Positions 1 through 11,800 of a DNA stretch of 64,000 nucleotides are shown here, one piece after another (position 1 is the first letter of the stretch; each line of letters starts with the position of its first letter). The stretch covers positions 32,984,001 to 33,048,000 of the forward strand of contig NC_083288.1 of assembly GCF_963506605.1 (NCBI RefSeq), read 5' to 3'. Under the pieces are notes generated by a model. It had not been told where the DNA came from. It ran no database searches and worked only from the letters and a program-made list of their open reading frames with translations. The translations under genes and the position numbers were made by a program. This DNA is from Zootoca vivipara. Lineage: Eukaryota.

Positions 1-1198
1 GGACTCTCAAGAGTCTCCTCCAGCACCATAATTCAAAAGCATCAATTCTTCAGCGATCAGCCTTCTTTATGGTCCAGCTCTCACTTCCATACAACACTAC
101 TGGGAAAACCATAGCTTGAACTATACGGACCTTTGTCGGCAAGGTGATGTCTCTGCTTTTTAAGATGCTGTCTAGGTTTGTCATTGCCTTTCTCCCAAGA
201 AGCAGGCATCTTTTAATTTCGTGACTGCTGTCACCATCTGCAGTGATCATGCAGCCCAAGAAAGTAAAATCTCTCACTGCCGCCATTTCTTCCCCTTCTA
301 TTTGCCAGGAGGTGATGGGACCAGTGGCCATGATCTTAGGCTTTTTTTTTTTTATGTTGAGCATCAGACCATATTTTGCACTCTCCTCTTTCACCCTCAT
401 TAAAAGGTTCTTTAATTCCTCCTCACCTTCTGCCATCAAGGTTGTCTCATCAGCATATCTGAGGGTGTTGATATTTCTTCCGGCAGTCTTAATTCCGGCT
501 TGGGATTCATCCAGTCCAGCCTTTCGCATGATGAATTCTGCACATAAGTTAAATAAGCAGGGAGAAAATATACAGCCTTGTCGTACTCCTTTCCCAATTT
601 TGAACCAATTAGTTATTCCATATCCAGTTCTAACTGTAGCTTCTTGTCCCACATAGAGATTTCTCAGGAGACAGATGAGGTGATCAGGCACTCCCATTTC
701 TTTAAGACCTTGCCATAGTTTGCTGTGGTCAACACAGTCAAATGCTATTGCGTAGTCAATGAAGGAAAAGTAAATGTTTTTCTGGAACTCTCTAGCTTTC
801 TCCATAATCCAGCGCATATTTGCTATTTGGTCTCTGGTTCCTCTGCCTCTTCGAAATCCAGCTTGCCCTTCTGGGAGTTATCGGTCCACATACTGCTTAA
901 GCCTGCCTCGTAGAATTTTAAGCATAACCTTGCTAGCATGTGAAATGAGTGTAATTGTGCAGTAGTTGGAGCATTCTTTGGCACTGCCCTTCTTTGGGAT
1001 TGGGATGTAGACTGATCTTCTCCAATCCTCTGGCCATTGCTGAGTTTTCCAAACTTGCTGGCATACTGAGTGTAGCACCTTAACAGCATCATCTTTCAAA
1101 ATTTTAAATAGTTCGGCTGGAATATCATCACTTCCACTGGCATTGTTATTAGCAGTGCTTTCTAAGGCCCATTTTACTTCACTCTCCAGGATGTCTGG
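1..1198 (-). mobile_element. Bov-B (RTE clade) LINE, 5'-truncated and degraded; runs off the left edge; lies in intron 5 of V2R gene A
   Basis: Minus-strand ORFs 50-817 and 878-1300 match the RT region of the intact copy at 34836-37859, but are broken into separate ORFs and carry YADD->YADE. Confidence 0.93.
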
Positions 1199-1693
1199 AA
1201 GGAGATATACACCCTTTGCCCAAGAAAAGTCCAACCTACATCTGGAATCAATAAAGTTGTGGCTAAAATTAAATCCCAGACGCTTGTCCTGTCCAGTCAT
1301 TTCACCTTCACAGGCTTGGCCTTGCTCCCTGAGGAGGGGTCACGGTGAGTGGGTCCACAATAAGCAGAGTTTGCTACGCAAAATCAGCTGTTCATTGTGA
1401 ATTAATTCTGCTTAGTTTGTGGGAATATTAGAAAAGGTTGCATCAAGCAAATATAATATTAATTGTTCCAATCTACTTCCAAATCACATTCCTTATTATA
1501 AAATAAATGTGCTTTTTGAGGTGGGACTTTCTTGTGCAAGAGCTCCAAATACACTTTAATGGCTTAACTTTAATTTAACTTAGCTCGCTAAGTCTACACT
1601 TTATTGAAAAGTACACAAATGGCTCTTGTAAAGCCAAAGAAGTGTAATTTTAGCTTCTGAAAATGACAGGTAATGCTAAACAATAATAAAAAA

Positions 1694-1737
<44 letters not shown>

Positions 1738-1740
1738 TCT

Positions 1741-1787
1741 AAGCTCTGGTCCATGGGGTCAAGAAGAATAGGAAAAGGCTAAACGAC

Positions 1788-1823
<36 letters not shown>

Positions 1824-1857
1824 CAACAACAACAACAACAACAACAACATGACAACA
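1741..1857 (+). mobile_element. Very short degraded Bov-B 3' end with (CAA)n tail, preceded by (TAA)n
   Basis: gctctggtccatggggtcaagaaga...ctaaacgac followed by (caa)n resembles the Bov-B terminus at 27943-28025. Confidence 0.65.
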
Positions 1858-2194
1858 AGTAATTGGAAGTGTCTTTTAATGACTTCATTCATTTTACACA
1901 TATTTTACTTACCCTGCAAAACTATATCATCATGAGTAAAATATCTTTTGAATTCCCGAGTCATGTTACAACTTTTGAGCACTTCTCATATATGGAATTC
2001 AACACACTATATAATACCATATGGATGCTCTTAGAGCACAAGATTCTGCTTCAGCCCCATGTAGCTCTGCACCAATTAGGCCTCCACCACCACATAAGAT
2101 CAAACAACACAGAATGTATGTTCTGACTTAAAGAGAGGCTTATATTGTGATGGAATTATATATGAATTGGGGACTATGTCTTTCTTTTTTCCAG

Positions 2195-3096
2195 ATATGA
2201 GTGACTGTGATAAATGCTCAGACAAAGACTATCCAAGCAAGAACCAAGATGCATGTATTCCCAAGGATATAAGCTTCTTGTCTTATGAAGAACCTTTGGG
2301 CAACAGTTTAGTCTGTTTTTCGCTTTCATTTTCTCTGATGACAGCTCTGGTGCTGGGTACATTTATGAAGCACCATGACACTCCCATAGTCATTGCAAAC
2401 AACAGGACCCTCACCTACACTCTCCTCATTTCTCTCCTGCTCTGCTTCCTTTGTGCACTGCTCTTCCTTGGCCAACCTGAGAAGGTGACCTGTCTCCTGC
2501 GACAAACCACTTTTGGCATCATCTTCTCAGTGGCTGTTTCTTGTGTATTGGCAAAAACCATCACTGTGGTTTTGGCTTTCATGGCCACCAAACCTGGATC
2601 CAGGATCAGAAAATGGGTGGGGAAGGGATTGGCCAACACCATTGTCCTTTCCTGCTCCTTTGTCCAGGCTGGGATCTGTACCGTGTGGCTAGCAACCTTT
2701 CCCCCATTTCCTGATACAGACAGTTTCTCAGTGGCTAAAGAAATTATACTAGAATGCAATGAGGGGTCTGTTATGATGTTTTACGTTGTTCTGAGCTATA
2801 TGGGCTTCCTGGCAATTATTAGTTTCATTGTTGCTTTCCTTGCCAGGAAATTACCTGACAGTTTCAATGAAGCCAAGTTCATCAGTTTCAGCATGTTGGT
2901 GTTTTGCAGTGTTTGGCTCTCCTTTATTCCATCCTACCTGAGCAGCAAGGGAAAATACATGGTTGCTGTGGAGATCTTCTCCATCTTAGCCTCTGGTGCT
3001 GGACTGCTGGGTTGCATCTTTTCCCCCAAATGTTATATTATTGTGTTCAGGCCTCAGCTGAACAACAAAGAGCAGCTTATGAGGAAGAAAAACTAA
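2195..3096 (+). CDS. Vomeronasal type-2 receptor (V2R) gene A, terminal exon 6 (end of cysteine-rich domain plus 7TM); the rest of the gene is upstream of the window
   Basis: Acceptor ttttttccag|AT; class C GPCR motifs [34 protein letters not shown]; stop TAA ending at 3096. Confidence 0.95.
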
Positions 3097-3330
3097 AGAA
3101 AGAAAGAAAGATCTGCCCTTTGCTAATAATCAACCAACAAAACCACAGAGGATCCCCTTCCTTAAAAAAAGCTACACTTGCAATTTTCAAATCTATATGG
3201 AAGCAACTGATTCCTACCCAGTCTATACTCTGTTTTTATCTACTAGTTAAAACACATTTTTTAAAAATATGATAAAGAAAGCAATTAAACAGGTTTTTCT
3301 ATAATAATTTGTCACTGTAATAATATTGAC

Positions 3331-3750
3331 TGTTAGGATTTTGTGTAGCCTCTGCTTCAGCTTGGCTAGTGTGATTACTGTCACATGAGTGACTGAGAGA
3401 GAATATGGGAACGGAAGACTGTCTTATCTCTTCCGTCTGAGAGTGTTCTTGTAATGTGATGTACTTTCACTTCTTCTGTGTGCAGTCTTCTTGTTCTGCC
3501 AGAGCTTGGAGAACACAGACGTGAATTATGGAGTCGCTGTATATAGACTGTAAATAACCATAGTTTAAATCTAAGGATGTTTTTTTTCTTCTTGCTGCAT
3601 GATGCTATAAGACTTATGTGCTCTTCTCATAAGAGGATTGTTGCAGATAGGCACTCTGGTGTGAGGGGACATGCCATTCCAGAGGAGGCCTTCCGGGAGT
3701 CGCTCAGGGGTCTTGGGGTCTACCGTCTCCGAGAGAGCGTCATTCTGACA
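3331..3750. mobile_element. Probable solo LTR
   Basis: TGTTAG...CTGACA termini; flanks tgac/tgag (imperfect TSD); absent from the paralogous 3' flank of gene B (~16280-16310). Confidence 0.55.
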
Positions 3751-4024
3751 TGAGAAAAAATACAGAACAAGATGCCTATGAAATTAATTTTCTCAAAGAT
3801 TCAATTATCTATTTTTCAAATAATCTTTAGGTGATTTCATACCCTGGTAATTTTAGCATCCATTAACTCCAATCTGTCCCCAAAATGCAAATGTCCATTC
3901 ATTTCCTTTCAGTATTATTGTTTTTCTTTGTTTCTTTCTTCTTGTGTGTTATTGAAGTGTACGTTCTTTTTTAAATAAACACATTATTTTTAAAAAATAC
4001 AATGCTCCAGAGAAGGAAGTGAAT

Positions 4025-4429
4025 TGTTATGGCTTCTTCTCTCCCAAAACACAATACGACTCTGGCTGTTAATTATTTCAGATTTATTGCTAAAACAACA
4101 AACTAGGATGGAGCTCCTCTACTCATTGTCCTCCCCAGAAGATGGAGTTGCCCGGACTGAGCTCCTCCCCCTTCCCCAGCACGGAAGCCCCCACCTTCTC
4201 TTCGGGTATCTTTTGCGTGTCTCGGGCACATTTGAGATCCTACGAGATTTGGGAGAGAATTTTTCCTGCATTCCAACATCTGGCTCACTATTGGAGCTCT
4301 CACACAGCTGCCTGTCACTTTGGCCCTGTTTTTCTCCTCCCCTTTGTTCCGAGCTCAGATTCCGCTGCTAACTGTTCTCTCCCTATGCCTACTTCTTCTC
4401 CTCCTGTCAGCACCTGAGTTTCGCTGACA
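4025..4429 (-). mobile_element. Solo LTR (Gypsy-like), related to the LTR at 24111-24573
   Basis: TG...CA termini; perfect 5-bp TSD TGAAT (4020-4024 and 4430-4434); empty site in the gene B flank (~16650); shares agcaataaatctgaaataa (as reverse complement) with the 24111 element. Confidence 0.8.
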
Positions 4430-4599
4430 TGAATCTATTTTAGTGACATTGCTTCTCATGTGTCTTCGTCTCCATTCCAACAACCTTCACTAAAGAAGCC
4501 CCACCGGAATTTTTCATGAGACTTAGAAATAAGGGAGTGGTTGTATGTAACTCCTTGCAGGCTTTGATACATGATCTATGGGCTCCATCTGGAGCATAC

Positions 4600-4860
4600 A
4601 AAGCTGCCTTATTGGTTCATCCAGCTCAGTCTTGTCTGGGCCACTGTCACAAGGCAGCAGTGAACTGGATGAGGGTGAATAAATTATTCTCTGCATAGTT
4701 GGTTCCTGTATTCAGAAGGATACTCCTGGATAGGTCTTAATTGTAGGAGGGCCAAACAACCCTGGTGCATACAAATGCCTTTTACAATTTTCATTTGGCA
4801 AGGCATCTATGGCTGTATGTGGATTGGGATAATTTAGCCACTGTACACTATGCACCACAG
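4600..4860 (+). mobile_element. Old L2 LINE RT fragment that was duplicated with each V2R gene (other copies ~19490-19780, 31530-31830, 45045-45340, 54900-55230)
   Basis: Translates to CLG..AVNWMRVNKL / WMTANKLNLGKT, typical of L2 ORF2; found at the same position upstream of each paralog. Confidence 0.6.
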
Positions 4861-5547
4861 CAGCATCTCTTGAGTTTTTAGAAACTATGTAAATATCAGC
4901 ATTCCATTCAAGGAGAAAATATCACTTTAGTGAACTCTCTTAGTGAAGAGTTCATCTTGCCTCCAATTGATTTCAAGTAATCCGGGAGATGCATCTGGCA
5001 CCTACATTATATAGGCTTTTGACACATATATAGGCTTTTTGGGACCCATCTCATCTCTGTAATGTTAAGCTTTATCTGTCTTTTTTTACATATTGTATTT
5101 CATTTCTATAACCTTGCTTCAGGTGGACAGCAGGTAATAGTTTGTATACTATTACTCCAACTACTTCTAATAATAATAATCTCATGTTTTAATTGCATTG
5201 CAATGGGATTTGTGACAGCAGAAAATTGTTACCTTGAGAAACTCTGAGTTATTGTGGCATGGGAGTAACAACTATGACAACTTTTCTTTCTATACATTAA
5301 TATTGTGAATAGCATTTTATCAAGAAGACCAACCCTATCATGAAAAATGTTGGGGGGGATTTTTGCTCTACATGTGGAACATTATTCCTGGTGTCAATCA
5401 GTCAACGCCACGTATTCAGGGTTTCCTTCACAGCTTTTTGGCAAAGATCATGCAAAACATTCATTATGTTTCATCCTGTGGGTCATCCCAATTACAATAG
5501 TCCCTATCCATCTAACTGTGCAGAGAAGAAAGATTTCCACTCTTATG

Positions 5548-5933
5548 TGATAAACATGTTTCCTATAGTAATTCTCAGGGAAAATCCCTGGATCTGAACA
5601 GGTGATTTCCTGATTCATTAATTCTGAAAGGCACCAATTTTAGTGCTCATCCAGCCCACTGTGGAATTTCAGTTGCCATGAACAAAACAAATAACAAGGG
5701 CACTGAAGAATTTTGCAAATATGTCTCCCACCATTTAGAGATGGGGGCATTGTGGACCAAGAACAACCATCTGTTGTGATCTCTGATTTTTTGCACGATT
5801 GACCCTGAAGCTCTGGGCTGTGAACAGAGTGAACTGTCATTAAGGCAAGAAGTTCTCATCACAGAGATTCTAATGATTGTACTGTAGCAAACAACAAAGG
5901 AATCTGTGTTTAGTTGAAGATTTGCCCCATGCA
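5548..5933 (+). promoter_or_regulatory. Conserved upstream block (candidate promoter/5'UTR) of V2R gene B
   Basis: About 390 bp conserved in front of every exon 1 in the window, with no recognisable TE insertion. Confidence 0.55.
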
Positions 5934-6157
5934 ATGAGGATGGTAGTTGTAGTGGTCTTGCTGCTCGCTTTGTTTCCTCACATGGCAAGGGAGTCTCATG
6001 CTGTTAAATGCAGGGTTCAGTATCCACAACGCCCACTTCATGTGTATCATCAGCCAGGAGATTTCATTATTGGTAACATACCTTCTCATGGTGCCTTTGT
6101 TTTCAGTTCAGCAACTTTCACTGAAGAACCTCTATCTGCATTGCCTGAAGAGCTTGT
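5934..6157 (+). CDS. V2R gene B exon 1
   Basis: Signal peptide [13 protein letters not shown]; QPGDFIIG motif; donor GT|gtaag. Confidence 0.88.
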
Positions 6158-8805
6158 GTAAGAACTTGTTTTGTGTCTGTTTTTATTTTCGTTTAATATT
6201 TCCATTTAGCTAAAAGGGATATCTCTTCAGAAGAAGATCAGATAACCAGAGGAATCTCCACAGGGAAATGCAAATTTTTTTTGTGTGTTTTTTTTTAAGG
6301 ATTTGTTTGTTTAAGCACACAATCTTTGTTCTCTTCCTTTCGGTCCTCACTACTTTCTTTTTTTACACCAAGTTCCTCTTTGTTTTTTACTCAACTTGTG
6401 CCCCCTTTCCTGTTTCTATTCTGGCACCACTCATTTTGTTGCTCAGTTTTCATATACACTCCTGAGAGTAGTTCCCCTAACAGTTACAATTTTCAGAGTT
6501 CCCTGAAAAGAGGGATTGACTATGAAATTGCTCACACTAACCTTAACAAACAGCAGCTTCCATAATTCTTCGTGCTATAAATGTACAGTTTGAATATGGC
6601 CTTTGAGCGACTGATCACCCCATGGTTTGAAGGCTGAGCAAAGATTTGAAACTGGCCCTTCCCCTTCTAGTCCAATGCTCTCATAGCTGTACCATTTTTA
6701 ATATTGCTCCTCACAGATGAGGCTTCCCAGCAAAATTATAAAACTACCTTACTTTCCATCAAGTCAGTCAATTTCCTCCCATTACTCAGTAATAATGTAC
6801 TTCTGTGGGCCAACTGATAATTGTATTTATGTTACTTAAGCTATGAAGTAGAACTCTTGTGACTTATGATTGGCACCATCATCAGTTGCTATTCCTGCTT
6901 GTTTTGACTTCCTTCTCCTTATTTGTTTCAGTTAAAGGTCTTTTAAAAATGATGGGTGGTAAACACTGTACTGTAGTGAGTAATGTACTGGATTAAAAGC
7001 ATAGTTTTGTGCTTGAAATAGATCCTTTATTCTGTTCATTTGGACAAAGTTTACTTGAATAGGAATCTCACTCAGAATGTATAGCATACTGTAATTAGAT
7101 TCAGAGTGTCACTGTCATTAAGCAAAAAGCAGAAGAGAAAGAAAACCCCATTGTAGTGGAGGAGGGGGGTTGGGGGCAGCTTATTCCAAGGTAACAATGC
7201 ATCATATTGCAGCCTTACAATTCTGTATCTATGTACAAGGTAGAAAACTTGAACAAACTCAGTGGGAGCTTCTGTGTGGGTATGTTTTGGATGGCCTACA
7301 GATCTATTGGAATTGCATTTATATATATTTTAATTGCTTTATTACCTAAGTGTTTCCTCTGCTACAGTCAATTGGGAAGAAGGGTGGGGTATAAATTTCA
7401 TTAATTAATAAATTTTGTTGGAACTGTGAGATATTTTCAGATTAAGAATGCAATTGTTGTTCCAGCGTGGTGCCTAAGGGTTACCAGCAAATATTGACAT
7501 TGGCATTTGCAATCAAGGAGATCAATGGAAACCCTCACATCTTACCAAATGTCACCTTGGGCTTCCACATCTATGACAGCTATGCCCATGCAATTAAGAC
7601 ATATCATGCCACAATGCTGCTTTTATCTACACTGGAGAAATTTCTCCCCAACTATATATGTGATACGCAGAATAATCTGACAGCTGTCATTGGGGGTCTT
7701 GATGCCCAGGTCTCCCTTCATGTGGCAACTATCTTGGATATTTATAAGATTCCACAGGTAGGACACCTATGCATGCTTCTGAGTGGAATATGGAAATTCA
7801 GTAATCCAGTCATACTTTTTCTTTATTTCTTCCAGCTTGTATTATGCTGTTTAGAAACAGAAATGTGTTTATTGGGAATAATCAGATAAATTATTCTTTT
7901 TCTTTCTTTCTTTTACATGTATTATGCAAACTGAAGGCAGTTAATTCACAACTGAAAAACAAAGAAACTTATAACGGGAACATGATTTTAATAGATTAGA
8001 ACTGAATATGAGCACTACATTTTTGAGGCAAGCTATGGATTTGAAATTGGGACATGGGTGGCGATGTGGATTAAATCACAGAGCCTAGGGCTTGCCGATC
8101 AGAACGTTGGCAGTTCTAATCCCTGCAATGGGGTGAGCTCCCGTTGCTCGGTCCCAGCTCCTGCCAGCCTAGCAGTTCGAAAGCATGTCAAAGTGTAAGT
8201 AGATAAATACAGCAAGAAGGTAAACGGTGTTTCCGTGTGCTGCTCTGGTTTGCCAGAAGCGGCTTTGTCATGCTGGCCACATGACCTGGAAACTGTACAC
8301 CAGCTCCCTCGGCCAATAACGTGAGATGAGCGCTGCAACCCCATCAGGGGTCCCATTACCTTTACCTAATGGATTTTTAAATAGATAGCATCCTCTGCTG
8401 AATCACAGGCCCTGTTATTAGCTGTTCATCTGTTGGAGAATGACTTTATCAAACAGATCCTGATGCTGTATAAAGCAGAGCCTGGCTTTCATTGAAGCAA
8501 AACCATAAAGTTCAAAAACTAATTAAGTTGGTTTTAACTGAGGGAGAATTAGATGCTATACCAGTCATTCAATTAAAAATACTGTGAATAGCTTTAAAAA
8601 GAAATCGGGTAATTGCTGATGCAGAATGAGATCCTTATGTGAATCCTTATCTGTATATCCTATTGCTCTGTAATTCAGGATTGATCAGAACTGACTCTGA
8701 TAATGTTTCCTGATGCTAAAGATGCACTATTTATATGGATGTTCAAATGTTCATATCAAGTGAAATTCACCATGCTTAACACTGCTACCTATATAAATGG
8801 ACGGT

Positions 8806-8874
<69 letters not shown>

Positions 8875-11800
8875 AACACACCTCTCTTTAGCTCATATAT
8901 GGCCCGGCTCCAGTGATGAATGATAAAACCCCAGGACTACCTTTCTACCAGATGGCCCCCCAAGAAGGCCACCAGTTTGCAGGGATTCTTTCTTTGCTTC
9001 TGCATTTCAAGTGGACGTGGATTGGGGTTGCTGTGGTTGACAATGACAGTGGAGAAAGATTTGTACAAAATGTGCTCCCATTCTTTTCTAACAGAGGTAT
9101 TTGTTTTGCCTTTTTGGAAAGAATTCCCAGATTTAGTTTTCTCACTGAAGGACTCACCATGATGCAACAGGGGGCAAAAATACATGATAGAGTGATGGGT
9201 ACCAAAGCCAATGTTGTGGTGGCCTACACAGAAGCTTCTAGCACTGTGATTTTGAGATGGCTTCCATATCTATCAATGCTTGGGATCACGAAAACAAATG
9301 TAAAAGGTAAAGTATGGATATCGACAGCCCAATTTCAGTTCATTTCCTTAGCCTTTCAACGGGATTGGGATGCAGAAATATTCAATGGTGCCATAATCTT
9401 CAGAATTCATTCCAATAATCTCCCAGGATTTCATCAGTATGTTGAGGACCGAAACCCTTTCAATGCAAAAGGTGATGATTTCATTTGGGATTTCTGGCAA
9501 CAAGCCTTTGGCTGTCTATTTCCACATCGCGTTCAGGGAGATGTGATGGGTCATATCTGCACAGGAATTGAGAATTTAAAGAACCTTCCTGCATCTCTCT
9601 TTGAAATGACTGTGCACGGTCAAACCTACAGTATCTACAATGCTGTCTTTGCCATAGCCCATGCTTTACATGCCATGTCCTTAGCAATACTCAAACAATC
9701 ACAAATGGTGAATGGAGGGAGAAAGAAGCTTCAGAAACAGCAGTTTTGGCAGGTAAGGGGCAAGAAATCCACAAGTGGCTTGTGAATATCTAGTGTTCAA
9801 GTTCCCTAACAAATATTTCCTCCTCCCTGCCTTCCCTGGTGATCTGTGTAGCATCCCTGCCTGCAATCTTTGAAGGATGAAGCTTCCTTCAGTTCTTGTA
9901 CTTCAAAACTGTTCAGGTATGAACCTTTGAGGTATGCTGATGGTCCAGTACACTCTCACCCTTTCCCCCCCACATATATACACTCTCCATGCCACAGAAG
10001 CACAGAAAGACATTTATTTACTCCTAGATTATTAACCTACTCACACATACACCCATTCATTTCTTTTCTATCACCGCAATATACAGTTATTGTCTCATTC
10101 ATTGGCTGCAATATGAGGCTCTTTTCAAGACTAAATGGGGCATGCATACCTGTTGATAGGAATGCACTTTGGGAGGAAAAGTTGAGAAGCATTCCGTCTC
10201 TACCTGAAGCCTATCCTTACTGATCCTACGCCATTTTGGGCTGAAGCCACACACCTCCTCCATATTAATACCAATAGAATTCCAAAACACACACACCTAA
10301 GCCTTCATGCAATGCTAATGGGGAGTGGAGAAAAGGGGACATTGCAGGCCGTCCACGAAGCCCAAATAGGCTACATGTATGTTGCAGGCTGTGGGACTCC
10401 CCTCTCTGCATTAGGTCTCTTTTTGAAACATTCAACTCCACCCTTTGCTAAATGCTTGCCTTCTCTCTTTTCAATCTAGCTCCACCATTTTCTGAGAGGT
10501 GTCTCGTTTAACAACAGTGCTGGAGACACAGTGTCCTTCAATCAGAACGGGGAGGTAATATCTAGTCTGGACATTATCAACTGGATTATTTCCTCCAACC
10601 AGTCCTTTCATAGGGTAAAAGTTGGGAGGATGGATCCTGAGGCTCCTCCAGACCAAGCCTTCACCCTTCATGAAGATGCCATAACATGGCCCAGGTGGTT
10701 TAACCAGGTAGAGTCACGTTGTTAGCTAATTCAAAAGAAATTCATTCTTAAATGATTATTTGCCTTGATGTCTAAAATAAAGTACACTTGAGAATCAGAA
10801 AAAAATCTTATGAAAAGATCTCATTTTTTTACTAGATGTAAATTAATGTATTTGTCTAGGATGTGTATGTGTTTATCATTTTCTTCCCAAATGCACTGTA
10901 ATGTTGTGTGATCTCTAAAAATATCTATGATATCTGCTATTTATTCACTGTTTTGAAACAGATATGAATCCACTCTATGCAAAGCTGATTAACCCCTTAT
11001 TGAAATGCTGTGACGTCTTAGTAACATAGAGAAGTTCCCCAGAACCTGACTGATTCCAGACTCATTATTCTCATAAATATCATGCTTCTGCTTCTTTTTC
11101 TGATCAGGTTCGGCCTCTTTCTGTCTGTACTGAGAATTGTCATGCAGGATCAAGGAAGAAAGTGAAGGAAGGGGAACCGTTTTGCTGCTATGATTGCATC
11201 CCATGCCCAGAGGGAAAGATTTCAAACCAGGAAGGTAAGAGAAATATGCAGAAATTTGGGTACAGAAGCAGTACTTCCATTGATGTTTAAAGGATGTATG
11301 TTAGAGAATGTCTTATTAAGCAGTCAGGGGGTGGGCAGCTGTTATGGCCCATTGTGACAGGCCCACATCCCTAGAGAGCAATGCTGGGGTCAAGCGGCCA
11401 CCTATTAATAACTTCTGTTCATGTTGACACATAAAATGATTTATAAAAAGTGTGGAACTCAAACTATATCCTTGTGTGTCGCAATTATTCTGTCTGTGGT
11501 GTTTCTTCCTGTCCTTGCAAGGTATTTCTCTTTCTTTCTCCTGGTTGTTGCTTCTTATCCGTCATGCCTTGGGTGCAGCTGATATCCCACTGTTGTTCCG
11601 GAAATTTCTCCCTCACTCTTTCCCATGCTTTGTTGTTTTGCAACTTTGACAGCAGCTGCAAAAGTCACCCTGTCTCAATAAATAACCTGTTCTCACCATT
11701 TTTCCTCTCAGCCTGGTCTGTCAAACTGCAGGTGACTCATTAATGAACCTTAAGTTCACAGACACCTTTCCTTCTTTCCTCCAACTGAAGATAAATGATC

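Noticed and set aside
5877-5933. In-frame upstream extensions of the exon-1 ORFs in the ORF track, and read-through past exon ends
   Set aside because: They use non-ATG starts or run into introns; the ATG before the signal peptide and the GT-AG boundaries give consistent exon sizes.
8049-8125. tRNA-like sequence
   Set aside because: It is the tRNA-derived head of a Sauria SINE, not a tRNA gene.
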